Assembly (NCBI GenBank): GCA_035221665.1
Contig: CM069174.1
Span: 11,222,001 to 11,286,000, forward strand
Length of the DNA: 64,000 nt
Origin: Okamejei kenojei
Taxonomy: Eukaryota
Direction of reading: 5' to 3'
Made by a program: the position numbers and the translations under genes. Position 1 is the stretch's first letter, and each line of letters starts with the position of its first letter. This document shows positions 49,201-60,688 of this stretch, in pieces. The notes beneath the pieces were generated by a model. The model saw only the letters and a program-made list of their open reading frames with translations, was not told the DNA's origin and ran no database searches.

Positions 49201-52200
49201 CTACAACACAGAAGATACCATTCACGTTTTATTAACAAAACAAGCAAACAAAAAGGCATAAATCTACTAAAGCCCCGTGTCAGATAAATAGCAGACAGGT
49301 TTCCTTTCCTCCTTGCACCTTATGTTCACACACGCAGGAGGGTTGCATTATTTAAATATCTGGGATAATAAACAAGTAGGAATGAGCGACAAATCAAACT
49401 GGAAAGCCCACAGTCTTCAAATTATTGGCATTGAGCATTTATTAGGCATGCAAAGATCTGCTGTTGAAGGGTTTAAGTGTCACAGAACTGTCTGGGCAAA
49501 AAGGTACACATTTTTCCTGCAGTCACTAGATTGTATTAAAAATATTTCTAGCAACCTTTTTCTAAAAAAAAACTAAGCATTTTATAAAAGAGGGAGAATG
49601 TGAAAGAAAAACGAACAAATTTGCATTTATATAGCGCCATTCACAACTTCTACAGCCAATGAAGCACATTTTCATAGCTTGCAGGGGAAGAAATGCAGCC
49701 GCCATTTTGCGCGCAGAGATAAAGTTATTCAATGCCATTTCTTTTTGAAGATTCATAGAACTGTTACAACACTGGCTGCCATCCATCTGGCCCACTCAGC
49801 AGGTGAACACCAGTGACCCCTCTCTCCCAGGGCACTGCAAATGTTCCCTTCCATGTACTCACCCAATTCCCCTCTCAGACGACAGTTGAATCTGCTTCCA
49901 CCACCCAACCAAGCAGCCACTTCTGGGTCACCATTACTCAGCTATGAAAACATACTTCCACATCGCCTTTGGCCAATTACCGAATCTGTACCCTGCCACA
50001 CTCAACGCTTCCACTAAAGGAAAGTCATTTGCAAGGTCTTAACCCTCGATTATTTGGAGCACCCATTAAATCCCTTTTCAATCAGTCGGAATGTCTTCAG
50101 TCTGAAGAAGGGTCCCAGCCCTAAACGTCACCTGTCCATGTTCTCCAGAGATGCTGCCTGACCCGCTGAGTTACTCCAGCACTTTGTGTACTGCAGTGGG
50201 GGTTTTTTTTTTTTTTAACTATTGCTGCTCTAAAGGGGAACAAGTTCAGTCTATCTAGGCCTTTGTTTAACTTCCCATATGAACGGGTGCATCAGAAATT
50301 TTAATAATCTACATTTTGTTATTCTCATTTGTTCCATTTTACTTTTTAATTGAACCTTTATGGATTAGCCCTCTTAGTTGAAATCACCACATAAAATATG
50401 CACTTAGGCTAAACAGCCAATTGTCCCTCCATTTTGCCACGGTAAAGTGAAACCAGGGGACTACCAATTTGAGACTTTACAAATATTCTGGATTCTGAAA
50501 TGATTTTAATATTAGACGGTCAAGAGTGTCCCAAAATAAGAACTTTTGGACTTTACGTTAAGACTTGAGATAGTGTGGAAACAGGCCCTTCAGCCCACCC
50601 CGACCAGCAATCCTAACACACTAGGGACAATTTACAATTTTTACCGAAGCCAATTAACCTACAAACCTGTACGTCTTTGGAATGTGGGAGGAGACCAGAG
50701 GAAACCCACGCGGTCACGGAGAAGGTACAAATTTGGTACAGACAGCACCCGTAGTCAGGATCAAACCCGGTGTCTGGCACCGAGACAGCAACTCTACTGC
50801 TGCACCACCCCCAACAACTTGCCACTGCATTCACTCAAACAACCTTCGGGAGTCATTAAGAAACTAGTTCAGTTTAGTTTATCGTCACGTGTACAGAGGT
50901 ACTAGCCAGCTAACAGTGAGAATTGCAGTTGTGAAGCCCTTCACAAATACTAAAGGGGCGGTTTAACCTTTAAATACAAGAGCAAAAGCATCCAGGTCAT
51001 TCATGCACATTCACCTTCAGGGCCACAGGCACAAGATACATTGGAAAAAACCTTTTATACATTTATATAACACCTTTATGATCCCTGGTCACACTAAGGC
51101 ACTGTACAGTCAATAGTAATTTAAGGAGTGCAGTCACTGATGTAATTAGACACTCCAAATTCCCACAAATGGCACATAAGAGTGAACAGATAATGTTGGT
51201 CACGGGGTAAATATTGGCCCTGGAGCACCAGGATACACACTCCCTCCCCACCACCAAATACAGCTACAATACGTTCCGCGTAGGAAGGTTTGGCACATGC
51301 AGGTTTACACCAGAGATAGACACAGAATGCAAAAGTAATTCAGCGGGGCAGGCAGCATTTCTGGAGAGGAGGAACGGGAGAGATCCTTCTCGACCTGAAA
51401 CATCACCCATTCCTTCCAACCAGAGGAGCTGCCTGCCCTGCTGAATCACTCCAGCATTCTGTGTTTATCTCTGGCACCTCCTCCTTTTTATTGGGAGGGG
51501 CAGGTGGGTACCCTGCTAAATACCTCTTCCAAAAGATGATAGCTCGGACAGCCCTGCCTTCCCTCAGTACAGCATTGATCGCTTGCCCAGACATGATGGT
51601 CCTGTCTTGGCAAATTACATTTCCGCAGCACTTTCCAGTACGTGGGGATAGCCCAAAGTAGCTTACAGCCAATGAAGTAGTGTTGAATGCACTCACCGAC
51701 ATGGGGACAGATTTGCGCGCAGCAAGATCTCACAAACGCAATGCAATGCTGGTCAGAATCTGTTGCGCTGATATTCAGAGGGACCAATATTGGCAAGTGG
51801 AGCAAGACCAGGTCCCATTCTTCTTCAAAACAGTTTGAAGGGATCTCTTGCATCCACCCATCTCCACCAGACACATTCTGTCTCACCTGAAAAATTGCAA
51901 CTCCAATTGTGCAGCGCTGGAGTGTTAGTCTAGATTGCGCTGGTTTCTGCACCTTCAACTCAAATTAGAGATAAGGATGAGCCACCCAGTTTATTAGGCC
52001 ATCTAGTCATTGCTTTATACATCATTGTAGTTATATTAAACAGTCCATTATCATTGCACCAACATCTCCATTTTAATTCTCATGCGAGAGTCTAATTGGA
52101 GCCCATGTCTCAGTACCTTCAATTCAGTGTAAAATACCAACCTAGTGATGGAACAAAACACTTTTTGAAATTGATTCAAGGCTCATATTCCTCCCACCTC

Positions 52201-55200
52201 AGGAGTAGCTGTGCTGGTCTGGAGATACTCGGCTATAGAATGAATGGTGCAAGGCACAAGGAAAAAGGACAAGAAACTGAACTGAAACGTACTCTAGGAT
52301 CTCATTGTACTCAATGGTTTCCTCCAAGTTCTGTAGGTTTGGGTTTGCACTGCGGATAGCCCTCATGTACGCTTTCAAAAGTTGAATGTCTCGTTTCTGT
52401 AAAGCAAGGAAACACATACACATAGAGTTCATCAATGAATGTCAATAGCCTATTTGCAGATGCTGACGGAGTCGCTGGGAACACTCCCAACTTATTCTTT
52501 AATTTTCTTTATTGGATATGTTTTTCAAAAAGGACTGGCAGAAAACCTTTTAAAAATGAGCGTTGACAAGCACGTGCATGGAATATTTAGCATGGAAATA
52601 GGTCTGATCGTTGCTGAATGTTTACATTTCACACAAGCCCCCCCCACATCTTTTTTTTCTCCCGCCTTTATTTGATGTCCCGTTAAATGTGTATTTCCTC
52701 TCTGCCGCAGTGTTAGCGACGACTATGTCCTCAATGCTTTCCACATCAAGTGGGCAACGCTCAAGACTGATTGACTATTTTTTTTTTTTTGGAAGGCTGC
52801 CTCATTGCGAACTGCTCCTAATCTCAGCAGACAGTAAACCCTTGTTATAACGGACCACAAGGGTGGGAATGGTGTCCATAAATGCCAATTGTCCAATATA
52901 ACAGAGTATGATTTTACCATTGTACAAGTAGTTGAAACAAACAACTACAGTTGCTGGTTTACACAAAAGGACACAGAGTGCTGGAGTAACTCAGCGGGTC
53001 AGGCAGCATCTGTGGAGAACATGGATAGGTGACGTTTCAGGTGAAGACCCTTCATCAGACTCTCGGTCTGGAATCCAGGTGAGTTGGCAGCCGGGGAGAG
53101 GCGATGGTTGTCGGAGTTCATGGTCGCGGCCCGCGGGCAGCCAGAGCGGAGGAGGTAGGGGTCGGCAACGGCAGGCATAGCTTGGAAGGGGTCGAGGAAG
53201 CTGTGTGGGCCAGGTGGATGTAGTGGGTCCGGCTTGGAAACAGCATGAGCCGGGGATGGCATGGGGCAGCCAGGGTGGCAGGGCAAGGGCCACCAGCAAT
53301 TCAGTCCACAATAACCAATATCTGTTATAAAGATGTCCGTTAAAACCAGGGTTTATTGCATCTATACTTTCAGCCAGAGTGGAGATTATAAAATTTCTTT
53401 GTCAATCGAGCCTAATGATTGCACTGACCTTAGCGGAAAAGCCATTTGCATCCAACTGTGGCACCGAGTATTTTTTGAAGTAATGACCCTGCCTTTATTG
53501 GGATTAGTTACTGTCATTACTGACAGAAGCTTTCCCCTCTTCAAGTAGACTTTCTGCTCTCCGTGTTAGCACAGTTTACTGTCACGTTTACAGAGGTACA
53601 GTGAAAAGCTGCAAGCCGTGATCCCACTCATCTGCTCCACCCGACCTCCACTCATCTCAACACCTCCCCACCCCTTCAATAGACGGCAGCTTGTTCCAAA
53701 ATCAGTCCGCACCAATATCAGGACTTTCTCCCAATTTCCATGCAATCGTTTTGTCAAGGTTGGGTGACAGCAATCGAGAATGGTTACCCTTCCCTCTAAC
53801 ACGAGTTCCAATGCAACATACAGGTCCCTTAACACCAGCCCAGCTGGAGCCCGAACGCATGTGGCTCCGGGGCTGACTAATGGAGGACCATACAAGGCAA
53901 TGCCTGCAACCCTGCAATCTCTTCGGGTGGAGTTGGACAATTCTGTGGAATTCTCTGCCTCAGAGGGCGGTGGAAGCAGGTTGTCTGGATGCTTTCAAGA
54001 GAGCTAGATAGGGCTCTTAAAAATAGCGGAGTCAGGGGATAGGGGGAGGGCAGGAACGGGGTACTGAATGGGGATGATCAGCCATGATCATATTGAATGG
54101 TGGTGCTGGCTCGAAGGGCCTGCACCTATTGTCTATCGACAAGGGACCTGCCCTTTCTGCATGGGTCTTCAAGAGGCAGCTTGGAATGTACAGTCAAGGT
54201 CAGATATAGCAGGTGCATTTAAACCTTGCCCTGTGTAAGTGATGGCTGGCATGCCTGCATGCTGCATGACGCTGGACTCAATGCAAACCTGGAGTCAGAT
54301 CATTATACGAGCACGAGAAGGAATCCAGGGGTTCTAATTCTAATCACAATTATTTCTAACTGCGATGGAGGACAGTCATTGGAACTCGACTTGAACTGGT
54401 TTATCGAGAGGTTTAGTGCGCTGTGCATGGTTTATGGCTCCCTCACTAATGAGAAGCTCATAAAGCTCCTTCATAAGAGGCCGCCATGCATCTGTTGTTG
54501 ATCATACTCCACCCTGCACATCACAGGTCACTTATAACTCCCTCAGTAGGAGAGCAACCACAGAAAACACATTGGCCATAACATTTAAGAAGGAACTGCA
54601 GATGCTGGAAGGTAGACAAAAATGCTGGAGAAACTCAGCGGGTGAGGCAGCATCTATGGAGCGAAGGAATAGGTGACGTTTCGGGTCGAGACCTATTCCT
54701 TTGCTCCATAGATGCTGCCTCACCCGCTGAGTTTCTCCAGCAGTTTTGTCTACCTTTGGCCATAACATTACTCATGTGATCAGGTTTTTGCTGAATTCCC
54801 AGTGACACCTCCCGAGGGAACTGGGTCCGATTGGTCCAGTTAGACTGTGCACAGCCTGTGTTTGTCCGGCAACACTGATGCAAAGTGCAATGGCATCTTA
54901 CAGCAGCCAACACAACCTTGAGCTGGCGTCTACTCAGACCCAGAGTTCATTTGTCCACCCACACGCTACTGGGGATCACCATGAACACCACAGACCTGCA
55001 GCCCCACATGTTGGCAGCTTCACCCGTTGATGAACTTTAATCTCACCAAGTCGCCAAATCACAATTTAATCTTCAAACAAACACATTTTGGGCTATTGGG
55101 AAGAGGAAAATAAAAGCATGCCCGAGTTTGTTCCACGTGCGGGAACACAGATGAGCAAGCACAGCATTGACACACAAATGTTAAATTGGAACTATTTGCC

Positions 55201-58200
55201 TTTTTGCGTCTGTGTGTTTTGGGTGATAGAAGCAACTGCCCATTTTAAACACGGGGCGTTTACATAGTGTGACTGTAGTGTCTCAATAGAGGGGGGATGT
55301 GGTGCTATGTACATCGATCAAACTTCCTGGGAGCAGAAGAATAAAAATGGAAAAGGAGGATGTCATTTACAGTCATCGAGGTCAGTCCTTGAGGTGCAAG
55401 ATGCACGTCCACAATTTGGAACATACGTCGTCGGGATAGATCGGCCAGGATCGCGCGTTGGCCACGTGGCATCAGGCACCCACCTGCTCTGACAGCTGAT
55501 GTCTGTGCTCTGCTGAAGACTTCTCCAGCTCCGCAATCTTCCCCTGCTGCTGCAGCACCACCGTGCGAAGATGCTTGATACAGTTGTGGTTCGGCAGCTC
55601 ATCTTTGGGCATTTCTAAGCTGAAAGGCGGTGAGAATAAAACTGGTAAAACAGCAAAAACAAGCTCATTTCTAAAGTGAACTATCTAGGTTCAAACCTTC
55701 AAGTTACTGAGGTCACATTTCTAATTGTGCTCATTTGAAAGGGCAGAGGATAATAGCGGTCAATGTACACAATTGCAAGCAGCAAAGCCATGACAACTAA
55801 TCTGTTGAAAGAAGGAACTGTAAATGCTGGTTTACACCATAGACATAAAGTGCTGGAGTAATTCAACATCTCTCGAGGGTGACGTTTCGGGGGCAGGAAC
55901 CTTCTTCAGACTGGGTGCGAGGGTGAAGAACTGGTGACGAGAAAAGACAAGGCCCCCATCGGGGCTGGTCACAAATGACCTCGAAGGAAGTTACTTGGCT
56001 TACAATAATGACTGCCACACGATTGCCCTGACATTTATAGATCTTTATCTACCCGTCAACCCTCTTTCCTTGGAGATAGCAGCGCTTGAATAATTGTTTG
56101 ACACACAGCGCACTAATTGAATATTTTACTCCATAAATCGCATATTCAACAAGGCTCTTTAAACAGGAATTAGGTTTAGCCGCGATGCGCGTGTTTGTTC
56201 CCCCTGGACTGCCATCACAGACTCATTACAGGCACAGCATTGAGACAGCCCCCGGCACCTCCGAGCCCCAGCTTCACGCACAAGTGCCGCTTGGCATTTG
56301 CTTTAGTCCATTCCAAACTGAAGTGCATCTTATTAAATATTTACATCCCATCCCTGTAGACGTAAAGAACATAATTTTGCACTGTTAGTTTTGAAAATTA
56401 AAGCACCTACAACAGCTTCAAGACACAATGTGGCCAAAAACATCTTTCTTCTGAAGAGTTCTGCTCTGGAATTTAACTTGATCCCCTTCTCTATTTAAGA
56501 TGCACGTGTTCGGCAGCTCCCACGCATGTCATCAAGAAGCCAATAGCTACTCCAGCCCACGGGTCCTTTTTGTTGGTAAACCAGCACCTGCAGTTCCTAC
56601 CTGATCTCCCAGTTGCTAAACACTTTAATTCTCCTTCCCATTCCCACACTGACCTTCCTGTCCCAGGTCTCCTCCATTGTCAGAGTGATGCTAAACGCTA
56701 ATTGGAGGAACAGCATCTCATATTTTGTTGGGCAGCTTACAGCCCAGTGGTATGAATATTGATTTCTCTCACTTCATATAACCCTGGCATTCTCTCTCCC
56801 TCTCCCACCCAAGTCACACCAGCTTCTCATTTTCACCCTGCAAACAGCTAACAATGGCCCGTTTCCTTTTTCATCGTCACTTTTTTGCATATCTTTCATT
56901 CATTGTCCTTTATCTCTCCAATCATCGTCTATATCTCTCGTTTCCCTTACCCCTAACCAGTCTGAAGGGCTTCGACCCGAAACATCACCCATTCCCTCTC
57001 TCCAGAGATGCTGCCTGCCCCGTTGAGTTACATCAGTTCCTTGCTCCTTCACTGTCTGCACACCATACAACTCACCCACATCCTTGTTCGCACGTCACGG
57101 GTCGCTTGGGATTGTGCTCGCAGTCGTTGAGGTGGGAGGTGAGCTGGTCGAGCCGCACCACAGCCGTGCAGCCGAAGCTGGCGTTGTCGCATGTGATCTG
57201 TAGTTTGGACAGCATGTTCCGCATGATGCGGGGAACGGGCCGCAGGTGGGCTAGAGTGACGACACTGCGGTCCACCGGACACGTCTGCTGTTGGGAGAAC
57301 CATTGGGTGATACAGGCATTGCAAAATGCATGCTCACAGTGCGGGGCCTGGGAGGAAGCAGAGGAGACAGCAAGTCCTTATCAGGTATCTATACACTAGA
57401 AACCAAAGATCCTACAGTGAGCAAGATCGATCACTCGACGAAAAAGACGTCGTACGGTCATGGGCAGATTCACGGGTAATTTTCGGCCCCATTTCCGTAA
57501 CCGGCTTCCGTCTCCGCACCAAGGATCCCGTAGCGGAGCAAAGATACTAGCGCGGAGACGGAAGCCGGTTACGGAAACATCCTCGTAAAAATAAAAGTTG
57601 TTTGGTCAAAATCTTCTCATTTTCAGAATTATAATTTATTAACATAAACTGTTCCCCCGCAACGTTGATTACACTGTGGGTCGGGTCGGGTTACTGAAAT
57701 GGATGAAAAAAAGGCCCACGTTCCGTTCCGTTGCGTACTACACGGCAGCCCATTGCATTTAGAAGGAGTCATCGATCTTGCTCCGCTATAGGATCTTTGC
57801 TATAAACAGCTCGATTGTAATCCTGTACAGTGTTTCCGCTGACTGGTCAGCACACAACAAAAGCTTTTCACTGTACCTCGGTACACGTGACAATAAACTA
57901 AACCAAAACACACACAGCAGCACAAGTCACTTGGAAATCTCATCTGCAGCGACCCAGTTTGAAAACACTCGGGCTCTATTCAATAAAACTGACCCACTAT
58001 CATAAATACATATGCCTGTAAATCAGTGATGCGCTCACATGTATAGGTTGCTGACACAGGAAGAAATGGAAGATATTTTACTTGTGTGCCTCCTCAAACC
58101 AACTTTCTTCACAAGGTTCGAAAATAACATCAGCCGTGTGCGAGAGCTGCTTTGATCAACTTCAAGGTTAAAGGGGAGAGAGCCTGCAGTGTTGTCAAGG

Positions 58201-58842
58201 AGCCAACTTTGAATGATGCAGTCAGCTTCAAAGTGCCAGAGCTCCACAGATGCTATTAGAATCGTTTGAAAGGCCGGACATTGTTTTGTTATTAGGACTA
58301 AATCAACACACCACAGAAAAGTACATACCGATCTAGGAGAGTGGAGGGAGAAAGGGAGAGGGAAAATAGACTAAACAGAGGAACCCAAGACCCTACAGAG
58401 CTCACTCCTCACCTCCATGAAGCCAATTTCAGAATAGCTCACTTGGCATCGAGCCGGGTGAAATTCTCACATCATCATGCCTCAACCAGAAAAATCTAGA
58501 GCAGCAATTCAACAGCTGGGATAAAACTGGAGAGCTCAAAAGCAAGTATCGATTTTTCCATTGTAGATACAAAAAGCTGGAGTAACTCAGCGGGTCAGGT
58601 GGCGTCTCTTGAGAAAAGGAATGTGATGTTTCGGGTCAACACCCTTCATCAGTCTGAGAAACGGGGGGGGGGAAGACCACTGGAGGTATGGGAAGGTACA
58701 GAACAACGCAGGGCCTAGATCCATGACTCGGGAAAGGTGGAGCCCACAATGGTGCATTGTTGGCTGGAGAGAAGGTGATAACGAAGGAATTCCAACAGTG
58801 AAATTAGCATGATGATTTGTTATTGCTGCATCAATTAGCCAT

Positions 58843-58879
<37 letters not shown>

Positions 58880-59205
58880 GGGGGGGGGGGTGGGGGGTGG
58901 GGGGGAAAGAAAGAGACAGGGACATCAATTTCCTACCTGGAAATATTCTAAAGCTCCCTCCCTCTAATGGCTGGTCGTTCTCACTGTTCTTCAGGCAGGA
59001 AATCACAATCTAGCTCTATAGCTTTTATATTAACCTGCATTCTCTTAAAGCTGTACTAGAGTCATTTATTTTCATGGCAGATCACTAGAACTACCCGTTA
59101 TCAATCCAAATAACCCGGAATCAGAGTAAGAGTGTTAATTCCTGTTGTTAATAAAAAGCCAATTCATGTACTGAAGAGTGGGGATGATTAGGTTGAGGTA
59201 CGATG

Positions 59206-59240
<35 letters not shown>

Positions 59241-60688
59241 GCTCTGGAACTGTACACACACACACAATATACACCTGAGATTGGGGCTGAACCTGGAACT
59301 GTACCACTGCTGCACCACCCTTTTATTGGTAGATTTATTGACACAAGGTGAGCTAACAGCACAGGCTATCCGATGCCACAAATATGTACTGCTTTGTAGA
59401 TTTAAAGGGCTAGAGAATGGAATAATCCTGGCTTACTGTCACCTCTCTAGAGGCAGAGGGCAACATCTCCAAAATTGCCAGGGGATCAAACCAGAGAGAT
59501 TCCTAGTTTACCGGACTCACCGCCCCTCCATGGGGCCCTCTTATTTCTAATGACATCGCGGTTGCCACTATATTCAACAACGTTGCATTGTAGCGGTTGA
59601 CATGGATAAACCATAAATAATGATTTAAGAAGGAACTGCAGATGCTGGAAAATCAAAGGTAGACAAAAGTGCTGGAGAAACTCAGCGGGTGCAGCAGCAT
59701 CTATGGAGCGAAGGAAATAGGCAACGTTTCGGGCCGAAACCCTTCTTCAGACTGAACAGTTGGAGAGGAGGTTGTGAAACTGTCTTCGGAGGGAGGAGGA
59801 GAACTTCTTCAAAGTAGGCGTACCTTGAGGAGATTTCGCAGTGGAGTAGACAAAGTGTGTAAGAAGGAACTGCAGATGCTGCAAAAAGAAAAACTGATGA
59901 TCCTTCAGTCTGAAGAAGGGGTTTGGCCTGAAACTTTGCCTATTTCCTTCGCTCCATTGATGCTGCCTCACCCGCTGAGTTTCTCCAGCACTTTTGTCTA
60001 CCATAAATAATGATTAATAGGTCTAGTTTTAACAAAGGGCCCGTGCTTTGAAAGTTAACTTGCCTTCTCAGTTCCAAACCCAGGAGAGGGGTTAAAAAAA
60101 ACCTATTGATTTTTTTGGCCGCTTTGCTTTGCCCTCAGTTTCTATTTAAAACTTCCTCCGCTCAGCCAAGAGATCGTATGTGACTATGCAACATTGAGAG
60201 CATCCCCCATCTCCTGACGATGCAGATTTCTGACGCAGCACAGCTGCAGTCATTCGGACTCTGCATCAATAGATAACACGGAGCCAGAAGGCTTGGACAG
60301 CCAGCCCCTCCCCATTACACAGTGTATACTCCCTCAAACAACCTCTCTTTCCCCCCCCCCACACAGAAATTAAATCAGAGGCAAGCACAAGCAGCCCAAT
60401 TAGTTGCGTCGGTCGGTGTGCTCCAAACTTTAACATGCAAGATTCACAGGAGCGTCAGTTAGTGCCTCAAGCATCGGACTCCGTTGCAAGGTGTATTCAC
60501 AGCTGAGCAGTTTGCCAGGGCTAGATCTTTAGACCATTTGAGAGGCCACTTCACTACCAACTCCACCACCACAACCAAACAGTTGCGTGTTTACTCACCT
60601 GTACAGGTTCTTCCAAAACTCCGCTACAAATTGGGCAAATCAAATCTTCATCTACCTCCCCCTGAAAGCGGTTGACATCGTACCCCAT
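48846..60688 (-). CDS. RNF41: E3 ubiquitin-protein ligase NRDP1; 5 coding exons, 318 aa
   Basis: Exons 60688-60599, 57347-57076, 55619-55484, 52396-52293, 49200-48846 join in frame (957 nt); RING CPIC...CEHAFC..C...CPVD, coiled coil, USP8-interacting C-terminal domain. Confidence 0.97.
50550..50810 (-). mobile_element. HE1-like V-SINE
   Basis: Similar to 22290-22570. Confidence 0.7.
52293..52396 (-). CDS. RNF41: RNF41 coding exon 4 (KRDIQLLKAYMRAIR...YNEILE)
   Basis: 104 nt, ag/gt boundaries. Confidence 0.96.
52832..53358. mobile_element. Tigger/pogo-like non-autonomous DNA transposon with internal Penelope-derived segment (second copy, opposite orientation)
   Basis: TIRs CAGTAAACCCTTGTTATAACGGAC / GTCCGTTAAAACCAGGGTTTATTG; hammerhead-like core on - at 53058-53031. 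Confidence 0.75.
53930..54140 (+). mobile_element. CR1-type LINE 3' end, same family as 42190-42752
   Basis: Near-identical to 42540-42750. Confidence 0.85.
54586..54755. mobile_element. Penelope-derived fold-back insertion
   Basis: 14-bp duplication TTGGCCATAACATT (54572-54585, 54756-54769). Confidence 0.85.
55484..55619 (-). CDS. RNF41: RNF41 coding exon 3 (LEMPKDELPNHNCIKHLR...QLSEQ)
   Basis: 136 nt, ag/gt boundaries. Confidence 0.96.
56600..57035 (+). mobile_element. Penelope-like element fragment (GIY-YIG C-terminus and 3' end)
   Basis: [19 protein letters not shown]...LEEQHLIF remnant; 3' part similar to 4320-4570. Confidence 0.8.
57076..57347 (-). CDS. RNF41: RNF41 coding exon 2 (APHCEHAFC...CEQGCG)
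   Basis: 272 nt, ag/gt boundaries. Confidence 0.96.
57404..57799. mobile_element. hAT-like MITE with internal 26-bp perfect hairpin, nested in a Rex1-like 3' UTR
   Basis: TIRs CAAAGATCCTACAGTGAGCAAGATCGAT / ATCGATCTTGCTCCGCTATAGGATCTTTG; 8-bp duplication CTAGAAAC/CTATAAAC. Confidence 0.85.
58843..58905 (+). repeat. Poly-G tract with T interruptions
   Basis: Direct inspection. Confidence 0.9.
59626..59999. mobile_element. Penelope-derived composite fold-back insertion with two hammerhead-like cores
   Basis: 16-bp duplication ACCATAAATAATGATT (59610-59625, 60000-60015); cores at 59750-59723 (-) and ~59910-59938 (+). Confidence 0.85.
60599..60688 (-). CDS. RNF41: RNF41 coding exon 1 (MGYDVNRFQGEVDEDLICPICSGVLEEPVQ)
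   Basis: 90 nt CDS, acceptor at 60718-60719, donor gtgagt. Confidence 0.96.

Noticed and set aside
58843-58905. Functional G-quadruplex
   Set aside because: A homopolymer next to a Penelope-derived repeat with unreliable length; no independent support. The same applies to the G run near 28475-28493.
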